Below are positions 27,422-35,933 of a stretch of 64,000 bases of DNA, in pieces. Position 1 is the first letter of the stretch. Every line of letters starts with the position of its first letter. The position numbers were made by a program, and so were the translations under genes. Below the pieces are notes generated by a model, which did no database searches, had not been told where the DNA came from, and was given only the letters and a program-made list of their open reading frames with translations. This DNA is from Planctomycetota bacterium (GTDB taxonomy: Bacteria > Planctomycetota > Phycisphaerae > UBA1845), in contig JAJRPG010000085.1 in NCBI GenBank assembly GCA_024280855.1, positions 47,190 through 111,189 of the forward strand, given 5' to 3'.

Positions 27422-27547
27422 CCAATCTGTCCCGAAACGTCCGAGAATTCCCAACTCTAAATAACGCCGTTGGCAGTGACTTCGATAGTCGTTGTTGATA
27501 ACATGTATAGGCGAAAAAATGTTGCGATAATTGAGGGGAATGATTTG

Positions 27548-28393
27548 ATGGCACATATAACTAATAACACCAATGAACGGTCCACGGCTGTATCGTCACG
27601 GCGATTATCCTGCGTGGCTGCGTTGATGATGATACTGACTGCGTATCCCATAGCTGTTCGTGCGGATGTCGTGACTCTGACTTCTTCAAAAGACAACACG
27701 CTGTATGAAGACGCCGCAGGTTCGCTTAGTAACGGTTCAGGTGAACATTGTTTTACAGGCAAAAAGAATAACGGCATCATAGACCGAGCCGTCATGGCTT
27801 TTGACATTGCTGGCAACATTCCCCCCGGCGCGGTCGTAAATAGCGTGAGTTTGACCCTGACCCTGTCCCGTGAAAACTCCGATGCCCAGGTTATTACGAT
27901 GCACCGATTGTTAGCCGATTGGGGCGAGGGTGCTTCGGTAGCGGGTGGTGGTCAGGGTGCAGGCGGACCTTCTGCTGCTGGCGACGCGACGTGGATACAC
28001 ACGTTTTTTTCCGGCTCTTTCTGGACTACACCCGGCGGTGATTTTGACCCAACCATTAGTGCGATGCAGACCGTCGATGCGGAAGGCGTTTATACCTGGA
28101 ATTCAACACCTGAATTAGTGGCCGACGTGCAGGCATGGCTTGATAATCCGGCCAGTGATTTCGGGTGGATTCTCATCGGTGATGAAAACGCTGGCGGCAC
28201 TGACAAACGATTCGATACGAGAGAGTGTGACGATACTGGCGGCACTGATTGCGCATTAGCGGATCGTCCACAGTTGATGATTGATATTACCGTACCTCCA
28301 GTGCCCTCCGTTTCGACCTGGGGGATACTCGCCATGCTCTTGCTCACGTTGACTTTCGGCACCGTGATTTTTTCAAAGAAATTTACAGCATAG
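27548..28393 (+). CDS. Secreted DNRLRE-like domain protein with an IPTL-CTERM-like C-terminal sorting tail
   Basis: Signal peptide. SKDNTLYED...RAVMAFDIAGNIPPGAVVNSVSLTLTL...WGEGASV...ATW...WTTPGGDF pattern. C-terminus VPSVSTWGILAMLLLTLTFGTVIFSKK. GAGGGG RBS before ATG 27548. Confidence 0.6.
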   Translation: MAHITNNTNERSTAVSSRRLSCVAALMMILTAYPIAVRADVVTLTSSKDNTLYEDAAGSLSNGSGEHCFTGKKNNGIIDRAVMAFDIAGNIPPGAVVNSVSLTLTLSRENSDAQVITMHRLLADWGEGASVAGGGQGAGGPSAAGDATWIHTFFSGSFWTTPGGDFDPTISAMQTVDAEGVYTWNSTPELVADVQAWLDNPASDFGWILIGDENAGGTDKRFDTRECDDTGGTDCALADRPQLMIDITVPPVPSVSTWGILAMLLLTLTFGTVIFSKKFTA

Positions 28394-28824
28394 AAAATAC
28401 CTAAACCACTAGAGTTACCCAATCTGGTAGAGCATAGTCCCATAACACAGATTCAAACGGCTCGGTATAAAGTGCCAATTACTGAGTAGTTTTATCGAAC
28501 AGCTTTAAGCATATTCTGCGCTTAAAGAACATTATTGCTATTAGTGTTTCATTTTGCTAGCATGAGGAAGCGATTTTGCGTATCCACGCGACAGGCTCTC
28601 CGTGTGGAAGGTGGGGCCACCTTCCGGTAGAGCTTGATACATCGCGCGTCCAGGGACGGTAATAAGAACAGTTGCACCTTTCGATTTAGCGAGTGATTCG
28701 CTCTGATCGAAATGGTTTCGATGGATATAGGGATAGTTTTTGCGCGTTGATTGTGTGTAATCGAAAACGGCCGAAATAGATCGGAAATTACATTTTGTTT
28801 TTTGGGAAATATCAGGAGAAGATT

Positions 28825-30642
28825 ATGAGAAAGTATCTTAGTTTAGGTATGTTGGTTTTAGGGCTGATGCTCAGCCCGGTGATGGTTCAGGCTGTTCCTG
28901 AAGGGGAAGCGTCGGATGCGTCAGGTGTTAATGACACGACGGGGATGGCTCAAGGTCTAGGCGCATTAGGTGCAACGCCATTGGAAGTAGATGGTTGGAT
29001 TTCTACGAATGATCCCGACGACATTGACTTCTACTCTTTCACGGGAACCATGAACCAATGGGTGGCCCTTGGTATTAATCACGGAGACGGTAGAGGCGGA
29101 CTTGACGACGTAGACACGGGGCTGGCCTTGTTTGCGCCAGATCAACGGTTGATCGCTCGTGATAATGACACGATGGGAAACGATCCATTGATCGCTAGTG
29201 TTAGATTACCCATGACGGGAACGTATTATGTGGCCGTGACTCATAATGACAACGAACCAAACAGTTTGTCCGGTGGCGATGTAGCATTTGTAGATCTTCA
29301 TTTGGGCGGTGAGTTAATCGTTGGCGCTATGCTCGACACAATTCAGAACGGTAATGGAGCCGACTCAGGCGACTATACGCTTACCATTGTTGACGCTGAC
29401 GTGCTCGTGCCAGTTGCTCACTCGGCATATGGCGGCGGGCAAGAAGGTCTACCGTTTGATCCAGGCAAGCGTCGCAGTCAACTTTATAACGGCGCACCTC
29501 GTGCATCAATCGGCGTTGATGGCTTAACGTTTAACGCGGTCGATGGCGATTTTGAATTAGAATCGGCTACTTTTGGGCCAGCACGTGTGTTTGATGATGA
29601 CAGTCTGGTTTACTTTTCGGTGGATTCGGGGACCGGCCGCGGCGATCTTGATGATACAGGTGTTGACTTAGCCTCAGGTAACGGGCAGCGTGCGGCTAAT
29701 GTGTATAGCTCATCACGCAACGAGTCCAATGAGTTGGCCATTGAAGCCTGGCGTATGGGATATGAGCCTGATGCTAGTCCCAATATGGACGCTCTCGTTA
29801 TGGGGACCGCCTCCGAAAACGCATACCCAGTTTTCCAGGGCAATTCGGTTGTTGATTTTGTCTATGACCACACTTTTCCAGTATATTTCACGACTGATGA
29901 CGATGAATTTGCTAACTCTGAATCTGACATTCTAGTCGTAAATTCTCCAACCGATGCACCACATGTGTTTAAGTATGCCGCTGAGCTTGGCCTTGATGAT
30001 GATGTTGATGATACCCAGATTGATGGGCTTGTCATGATCATCAAAGATGGTGTCTTAGGTGTAGCTTTTTCTCTGGAGGTTGATGGTGCTTTTGGCCTTT
30101 CTGGTACCGCAGTAGATGATGAAGAAGGTGGTTGCTATGAGGGTACAAACGTCTACTTCTCACCTTGTGATGGAACCAATGAATTGCTCATTTCCGGTGA
30201 AGATTTGGGCTTCCAATGCGGCGGCGACATTAACGCCCTCGATATGATGTTCACCCCACCACCACCACCGTCGTCAGGCACTGGCGTTCAAGGTCCACAG
30301 GGTCCACAGGGTGAAGACGGTGTCGATGGTGCAGACGGTGCAGACGGTGCCGATGGTGATGGTTTTCCAGGGCCAGTCGGACCAGCCGGGCCAACCGGAG
30401 AACAAGGTGAGCAAGGAGAAGCCGGCCCAGTAGGTCCAGCCGGTCCACAGGGCGAAGCCGGTCAAGACGGTGCTAATGGCCAAGATGGACCAGCGAGCGC
30501 TCCAGCACCAGGTCAAACTGTGCCAGAAGGTGGTACAAGCACGAATCCGCTATGCGGAACTATGAGCGTAGCCACGATTCCGACCATGCTGTTTGGCCTG
30601 CTCGCTATGGGCTTCATGCAGCGTCGCGCTCGTCGCTGGTAA
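28825..30642 (+). CDS. Secreted protein with a PPC-like N-terminal domain, a collagen-like GXY region and a C-terminal sorting-signal-like tail
   Basis: AGGAG RBS and a signal peptide. DDIDFYSF...GTYYVAVT pre-peptidase-C-terminal-like segment. About 23 GXY triplets (30283..30495). Tail [21 protein letters not shown]. Confidence 0.7.
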   Translation: MRKYLSLGMLVLGLMLSPVMVQAVPEGEASDASGVNDTTGMAQGLGALGATPLEVDGWISTNDPDDIDFYSFTGTMNQWVALGINHGDGRGGLDDVDTGLALFAPDQRLIARDNDTMGNDPLIASVRLPMTGTYYVAVTHNDNEPNSLSGGDVAFVDLHLGGELIVGAMLDTIQNGNGADSGDYTLTIVDADVLVPVAHSAYGGGQEGLPFDPGKRRSQLYNGAPRASIGVDGLTFNAVDGDFELESATFGPARVFDDDSLVYFSVDSGTGRGDLDDTGVDLASGNGQRAANVYSSSRNESNELAIEAWRMGYEPDASPNMDALVMGTASENAYPVFQGNSVVDFVYDHTFPVYFTTDDDEFANSESDILVVNSPTDAPHVFKYAAELGLDDDVDDTQIDGLVMIIKDGVLGVAFSLEVDGAFGLSGTAVDDEEGGCYEGTNVYFSPCDGTNELLISGEDLGFQCGGDINALDMMFTPPPPPSSGTGVQGPQGPQGEDGVDGADGADGADGDGFPGPVGPAGPTGEQGEQGEAGPVGPAGPQGEAGQDGANGQDGPASAPAPGQTVPEGGTSTNPLCGTMSVATIPTMLFGLLAMGFMQRRARRW

Positions 30643-30706
30643 GACAGAGGCTGCTTCGTCACGATAGACATCGTGCGTTGCAACTTCTAATTTTGATGAT
30701 AGCTAT

Positions 30707-30742
30707 GCCCTCGCTTTCTGAATTAAGAAAGCGGGGGCTTTT
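30707..30742 (+). terminator. Rho-independent terminator after the collagen-like gene
   Basis: 12-bp stem (gccctcgctttc / gaaagcgggggc, one G-U pair), 8-nt loop, then TTTT. Confidence 0.55.
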
Positions 30743-31282
30743 AATTGTCCAATCATGCGTCAACCGTGATCTCGTAATCCGTCATACTCGCGGAGGCGGG
30801 TATCCAGAAAAGTAGCAACACTGGATGCCCGCTTGCGCGGGCATGACGCGAGGGGGAATCGGTCTGCTGAAATGCCCGGAAGTGCCAGTCTCAAGAATGA
30901 GTGCGTACAGAATGTGAGTGTGCGTTCGGAACAGTGTGAATTGTCACTTGAATTGAGACGGCTAGGGAATAGTCGTTCGCGGAGGCATTTAGGGGATTTA
31001 CGGCATCGTGTGATGTTCCTGGCGGTATAATGGGCCGTTTCCTGTGAGTAAAAAACATATTAAATGTCTCTTTACGCGGTTGACGGATTGTCGTAGTATG
31101 CCGTCCGGTTGGCTGGCATGCCACAAGGTCATAGCGTTTATGTTCTGTTTCGACGAAGCACATCCTATCGCAAAGCCCGGTTCGTTTGCCTTCCTTTTTG
31201 GTCCAAAGCGTGGACCATTTTCATATGCGGCCCCAACAAAAATTTTGGGACGCAGATACCCATCTAAGTAGGAGATGAGACG

Positions 31283-31600
31283 GTGGGCAAGAAATTGTAT
31301 ATCGGGAACCTTGCGTATTCAGTCAGCAGTAGCGATCTGGAAACAATGCTAGGACAGTACGGAAGTGTAGAGAGTGCTCAGGTCATCAGTGACCGTTCAA
31401 CTGGTCAAAGTAAAGGCTTTGGTTTTGTTGAAATGGCAAGTGAGTCAGAAGCACAAGCTGCTATTTAAGGGCTGAACGGTCAAGACAATGAAGGTCGTGC
31501 ATTGACCGTAAACGAAGCCAAGCCACGTGAGCCAAGATCAGGCGGTTACGGTGGCGGCGGTGGTGGTGGCGGCGGCGGCGGTCGTCGTGACCGTTACTAA
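31283..31600 (+). pseudogene. Glycine-rich RRM (RNP-1/RNP-2) RNA-binding protein interrupted by an in-frame TAA at 31466..31468
   Basis: GTG start. RNP-2 LYIGNL and RNP-1 KGFGFVEM. After the TAA the same frame continues [43 protein letters not shown] to a TAA at 31598. A strong terminator follows the second stop. Confidence 0.8.
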
Positions 31601-31658
31601 GCACTGCATGTAATTGCTTTTTGCCCTTTCGAGGGTGAAATTATTGCAACATTAAGAA

Positions 31659-31689
31659 GGGCCAATCCGAAAGGGTTGGCCCTTTTTTT
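31659..31689 (+). terminator. Rho-independent terminator of the RRM gene
   Basis: 10-bp stem gggccaatcc/gggttggccc (one G-U pair), GAAA tetraloop, and a T7 run. Confidence 0.85.
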
Positions 31690-31704
31690 ATGTAAGCTTC
31701 TCGA

Positions 31705-32325
31705 TTAAGGAAGGTCGCGCAAAATCGCTCGTACCGGGCTGGCATCAAAACCCACCAGCGGTAGTGGTAAAGCTATAAGTTCATAGCAACCTGTGGGAAC
31801 GTCGTTGAGTCTTAGACCTTCCAGTATAGCCATGTTGTTTCTATGCACGGCTTGATGGGACGGTAACTTTTTTGAATCAAAAAGATCGACGCTTGGTGTG
31901 TCGATACCAATTAATTTGACGCCTTGCGTGGATAACCAATCAATAAGGTCGGGGGAGAATGCCGCGAAGTCCTGGTTGAATGACAAAAAATTCGGGAACG
32001 TGTTTGTACGAAATAGAACCCGTTCGGCTTTAACGTCTGTGGTGAAATCATCGCATGAAAAACGTCGGCTGCGTGTCGCGCTGACGTCGATGACCTGACA
32101 CTTTCCCAAGTAAAAATCCAGCGACCTTTCGTGTATCGCCTCTGCGCCGGCGGCATAATGATTCGGCCCGTCTGCATGTGCGCCAAGGTGAACAGTAGCT
32201 CGGAGGGTTGACAGAGTTATTGTGTCACCATCTTCGATACGACAAAGTACTTCCCGCGTGGGAGGTGTGTCTCCTGGCCAAACGCTGAGGGACTCGGTGA
32301 TGGGCGGTGTGATGTCGTAGATCAT
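31705..32325 (-). CDS. kynB: Kynurenine formamidase (cyclase-family arylformamidase)
   Basis: End-to-end resemblance to bacterial KynB: WPGDTPP, HLGAHADGPNHY, LIGIDTPSVD, MAILEGL..DVP.G.YELIALPL...DASPVRA. Confidence 0.88.
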   Translation of the reverse strand: MIYDITPPITESLSVWPGDTPPTREVLCRIEDGDTITLSTLRATVHLGAHADGPNHYAAGAEAIHERSLDFYLGKCQVIDVSATRSRRFSCDDFTTDVKAERVLFRTNTFPNFLSFNQDFAAFSPDLIDWLSTQGVKLIGIDTPSVDLFDSKKLPSHQAVHRNNMAILEGLRLNDVPTGCYELIALPLPLVGFDASPVRAILRDLP

Positions 32326-32466
32326 GTCGTGGTCCTTGTGTTTTAGCGTTCTACAGGCATGTACTCATGCCACCCAATTATTAAATCGATGCCATAAGTT
32401 ATAGTATATGGTTTGATCGTTCGAATTGAAAATCTCTGTGATACAGTCACTCACTAGCGGGTATAG

Positions 32467-32916
32467 TTATGGTAAAAGTCCGCCAAAGTGTGCCGCCTGA
32501 TACCAGGAAAAACAGGCCATCCATTGGTAGATGATAATCACATTTACTGAGCAGACGAGGATCGCGGCTAGTTCTCCCAAAGCGGTTCTGCGTGACAGGA
32601 GTATTAGATAGAGGCCCATCGTGGCTAAGGTTATTTTATAGATGATGAAATGGGCTGGTGTTGACAACAGGAATGCAGCGATTGGGTTGGCTTCAAATAG
32701 TAGTCCATGGCTTAGCGCGAGGAGCGTCAACTCTAAATCTACTGCGTTGAGTATGGCTAAGATTATCGCAATGATGAAAACTCGAAGACTTCGAGATGGG
32801 CAGCTTGATAGCACGAACGAGGAGAATTTTGAATGTAGTATTGAAATGTTAGAGCATGCAAGCCCTGGCACATGACAGGGCCGAGCGGTTTCAGGGGTGT
32901 AGTTTGGAATATTCAT
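32467..32916 (-). CDS. Small multi-pass membrane protein (DUF5658-like)
   Basis: 3-4 TM helices with a LEANP-type motif (LLFEANPIAAFLL). The start codon is uncertain. Confidence 0.45.
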   Translation of the reverse strand: MNIPNYTPETARPCHVPGLACSNISILHSKFSSFVLSSCPSRSLRVFIIAIILAILNAVDLELTLLALSHGLLFEANPIAAFLLSTPAHFIIYKITLATMGLYLILLSRRTALGELAAILVCSVNVIIIYQWMACFSWYQAAHFGGLLP

Positions 32917-33049
32917 TACGCTGGGGTATCGGATTTCCCGGTGGGTGATTTGATTTCATCTTGCAGATTGTTGTGGCGGATGCCATTTTGGCGAGATAAT
33001 TGGCCCGGACCGATTGCGAAATTGGCCCTAATCACCGAATATGGGTCTC

Positions 33050-33565
33050 ATGTCTGATGAATCGAATAATCCGGTCTTATCGCATATCGATGCCAATGGG
33101 CAGGCTTGCATGGTGGATGTTTCAGGCAAGGAATCCACTGTTCGGGAGGCGATGGCATCAGCCATGCTGGAAATTTCTCCTGAGGTGCTGACCGCGCTTC
33201 TGGCTGATGGGCTGAAGAAGAAAGATGCCCTGGCGACGGCTCGGGTAGCGGGAATCGCTGCGGCTAAGCGGACGAGCGAGTGGATTCCGCTGTGTCACCC
33301 TTTGCCGCTGGACTGGGTTGGCGTGGTGTTTAGTACGCCGGGTCAGGGGCAATTACGGATTGAATGCACGGCTAGGACGACCGCGAGAACGGGCGTTGAG
33401 ATGGAAGCGCTCACCGGAGTCACGGCTGCGGCGCTGACTATTTATGATATGGCTAAGGCTGGCGATAAAGGGATTCGTATTGGGCCGGTGCAACTGGAGA
33501 CGAAAACTGGTGGTCGCAGCGGTGCGTATTCTCGAACGGGCGCCTGCGAAAACGAAGATAAGTAA
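33050..33565 (+). CDS. moaC: Cyclic pyranopterin monophosphate synthase accessory protein MoaC
   Basis: MVDVSGKESTVREA, KKDALATARVAGI, LIPLCHPLPL-type and TGVEMEALT motifs. Confidence 0.9.
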   Translation: MSDESNNPVLSHIDANGQACMVDVSGKESTVREAMASAMLEISPEVLTALLADGLKKKDALATARVAGIAAAKRTSEWIPLCHPLPLDWVGVVFSTPGQGQLRIECTARTTARTGVEMEALTGVTAAALTIYDMAKAGDKGIRIGPVQLETKTGGRSGAYSRTGACENEDK

Positions 33566-33586
33566 CTAAGAGATTTTACGAAATTC

Positions 33587-34576
33587 ATGATACCGACCTC
33601 ACCAACCCAACCCGTACTTGCTGATTTATATCGCCCGGTGAGCGATGATCTTATTGAGGTCGAGCGCATTTTCGATGCGGAATTAGCGGGTGATTTGCCT
33701 TTTATTGATAAGCTCTGTGAAAGAGTTCGTTCGTATCGCGGGAAAATGTTGCGGCCTGCGCTGCTGCTGCTCACGGCTAAGACTTTTGGTCCTTGTGATG
33801 AACGTGCCCATACGCTAGCCGCGGTGGTCGAAATGGTACACATGGCTACGCTCGTTCATGACGACGTGCTGGACGAGGCGAGCGAGCGACGGAAGCAGCC
33901 GACAGTGGCTTCGGTGGAGGGGAATGTCGCAGCGGTTTTGCTTGGCGACTATCTAATCAGCCATGCCTTCCATCTTTGTAGTTCGCTAGATAGCCAATTC
34001 GCATCAAGACGAGTCGGGGCAACTACGAATATCGTTTGCGAAGGTGAGTTGTTGCAGAATCTTCATTGCGGTGACATGGCGTTGAGCGAGGATGTGTATT
34101 TCGATATCGTCAGGCGGAAAACGGGCGTATTGACGGCTGTGGCGTCTGAGCTTGGTGCGTATGCGGGGGGGGCGAGCGGTGAGGCGATGTCTGCTGCTTA
34201 TGAATTTGGGCTGGCTTGTGGTATCGCGTTTCAGATTGTTGATGATGTCTTGGACATTGTGGGTGACCCATCGCGTGTCGGGAAAACTTTGGGACAGGAT
34301 ATCTTACTGGGCAAATTGACGTTGCCGACCATCTTATTTATGCAGTTTGAGGGGGATGATTCCAAGAGCTTGGCTGAGTCTTTGTCGTCGGGGCGGTCCG
34401 TGAATCGGCAGTCGTTGGCGGATATGTTGCGGGAAAAGGGTTGTATTGATGCCGCATTGGCGGTGGCTAGGTCTCATGTGAAGCGCTCTCAACAACATTT
34501 GGAAGTCCTGCCAACTGGTGCTGCTCGGGATTGCCTGATGGGCATGGCTGAATTTATCATGCGACGTCGTTTTTAG
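33587..34576 (+). CDS. Long-chain trans-polyprenyl diphosphate synthase (IspB/HepT type)
   Basis: First Asp-rich motif LVHDDVLDE and second FQIVDDVLD. GKxxGxD motif. Confidence 0.9.
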   Translation: MIPTSPTQPVLADLYRPVSDDLIEVERIFDAELAGDLPFIDKLCERVRSYRGKMLRPALLLLTAKTFGPCDERAHTLAAVVEMVHMATLVHDDVLDEASERRKQPTVASVEGNVAAVLLGDYLISHAFHLCSSLDSQFASRRVGATTNIVCEGELLQNLHCGDMALSEDVYFDIVRRKTGVLTAVASELGAYAGGASGEAMSAAYEFGLACGIAFQIVDDVLDIVGDPSRVGKTLGQDILLGKLTLPTILFMQFEGDDSKSLAESLSSGRSVNRQSLADMLREKGCIDAALAVARSHVKRSQQHLEVLPTGAARDCLMGMAEFIMRRRF

Positions 34577-34810
34577 GTTTCGGATCAGAAATTTCCTGGC
34601 TAAATTAACCACACTAGAATCCAAATTCAGTGGTATTAGGGCTTGTGAGGGGCTAAAATCAATGGATTGATCGCTATTTAAGGGTACATAATCTACTAAA
34701 TCCTGATTTGGGGTTAGTCGCGGTAAGCGAATTGCCGATTGGATCATTGGAGAAGCGTAGTTGTGATTGGGATTTTTCAGCTAATAACGTGATGAGAATA
34801 ATATAGAGGT

Positions 34811-35905
34811 ATGCGTTCGATCGTTTTATCATCTGCTGTGGTTTTGTTGTGGCTAATGCCAGGCTTAGCTTCTGCGCAGCTTGCTCGATCTGAATCACCT
34901 GTTTCGGTGATGGATTCCTATGGTAATGCCAGGCCCGCTCGGACGAATCGGCGAGCTGTAGGCGGTTATGCTAATGATATCCAACGTAAGGCGCTGGGTG
35001 GATATCAGAACATAGGCCGACGTTTGGATCGCCGAGGCGGGTTTGCCAATATAGTGCAATCGGGCGGTGTAGCTGGCGGACGGGGATTGTTTCAGACGGG
35101 CCAATTTTCGTCTGGGCCTATGGGGCGATTTTCACTGGCACCGTCTGGGATAACGGCCTCACGGTTTGCGTTTAACAGGTATGGCGGTTTTTCTCGCAGG
35201 TCGGCTATTGATCCTGAAAAGGTTGGCGATCTGTTGGCACGTCGTCAGGAATTGATCGCTGCGACGACAGTGAATGCGCCGGTGCATCGAGCCTTGGGGC
35301 AGCGTGGTGCTTTTGATCCTGGGCTGATGAGCATTGGTACGACTCCTTTTGTTCCTTCAGATGTTCCCATCGGTGGGGATGATGCGGTTCCGATTGCGGA
35401 TTTGTTGCTTGAATCAGCAGATGCTCAGACGCAGCGATTGGTGCTGCAAGGGTGGTCGTGGTTTGCAGAGAAGCGATATGGCCAGGCGTATCGATCTTTT
35501 GAATCGACTTTGATTGTCAATCCTGAAAATGTTCAGGCGCGAGTTGGTCGGGTATTTAGCCGACTGTCTGCTGGGGCGATGCGGTCGGCTATGACGGAAA
35601 TTGCTTTTCTGCCTCGTCATTCTGGTAACCCGTTTGCACAACCATTTGTACTGGCAGAAAAATATCATTCGCGCGACGAGGCGTCACAGATACTTTTTCA
35701 AACACGATTATTTGCAGAGCAGAATATGTCGGTTGTCGTGCCGCAGGCTCTTTATGTCTACGTTCAATGGTATTTAGGTGATAAGAAAGAAGCGTCTCGG
35801 CTGGCGGTGTTGCTGTCCAAACGAAATCCAAGTTCGCCATATGCTAATTGGCCTGCGCTGATGCAGGCGTCGTTGGCTTTGCCTCATAAGGTAGTTGGTG
35901 ATTGA
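34811..35905 (+). CDS. Hypothetical secreted protein with a TPR-like C-terminal half
   Basis: Signal peptide LLWLMPGLASAQ. Gly/Arg-rich low-complexity N-terminal half. TPR-like helices (YGQAYRSFESTLIVNPENVQA). Confidence 0.5.
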   Translation: MRSIVLSSAVVLLWLMPGLASAQLARSESPVSVMDSYGNARPARTNRRAVGGYANDIQRKALGGYQNIGRRLDRRGGFANIVQSGGVAGGRGLFQTGQFSSGPMGRFSLAPSGITASRFAFNRYGGFSRRSAIDPEKVGDLLARRQELIAATTVNAPVHRALGQRGAFDPGLMSIGTTPFVPSDVPIGGDDAVPIADLLLESADAQTQRLVLQGWSWFAEKRYGQAYRSFESTLIVNPENVQARVGRVFSRLSAGAMRSAMTEIAFLPRHSGNPFAQPFVLAEKYHSRDEASQILFQTRLFAEQNMSVVVPQALYVYVQWYLGDKKEASRLAVLLSKRNPSSPYANWPALMQASLALPHKVVGD

Positions 35906-35933
35906 GAGAAGCACTCGTTTTCTAAATTAGGTT

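Noticed and set aside
30251-30516. Antisense ORFs over the collagen-like tract
   Set aside because: These are shadow frames of the GXY-coding repeat (Leu/Arg/His or Trp/Thr repeats).
31466-31468. TAA reassigned as a sense codon (alternative genetic code)
   Set aside because: TAA clearly terminates other well-defined genes in the window. Examples are the SPP-like gene at 775..777, the invertase-like gene at 2101..2103 and the RRM gene's own second stop at 31598..31600.
31545-31585. GGY microsatellite
   Set aside because: It encodes the Gly-rich tail typical of bacterial RRM proteins and is not an independent repeat feature.
32917-33049. Possible Moco riboswitch upstream of moaC
   Set aside because: I could not find the conserved Moco-motif core elements, and the region is short. 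An Infernal scan would be needed to revisit this.
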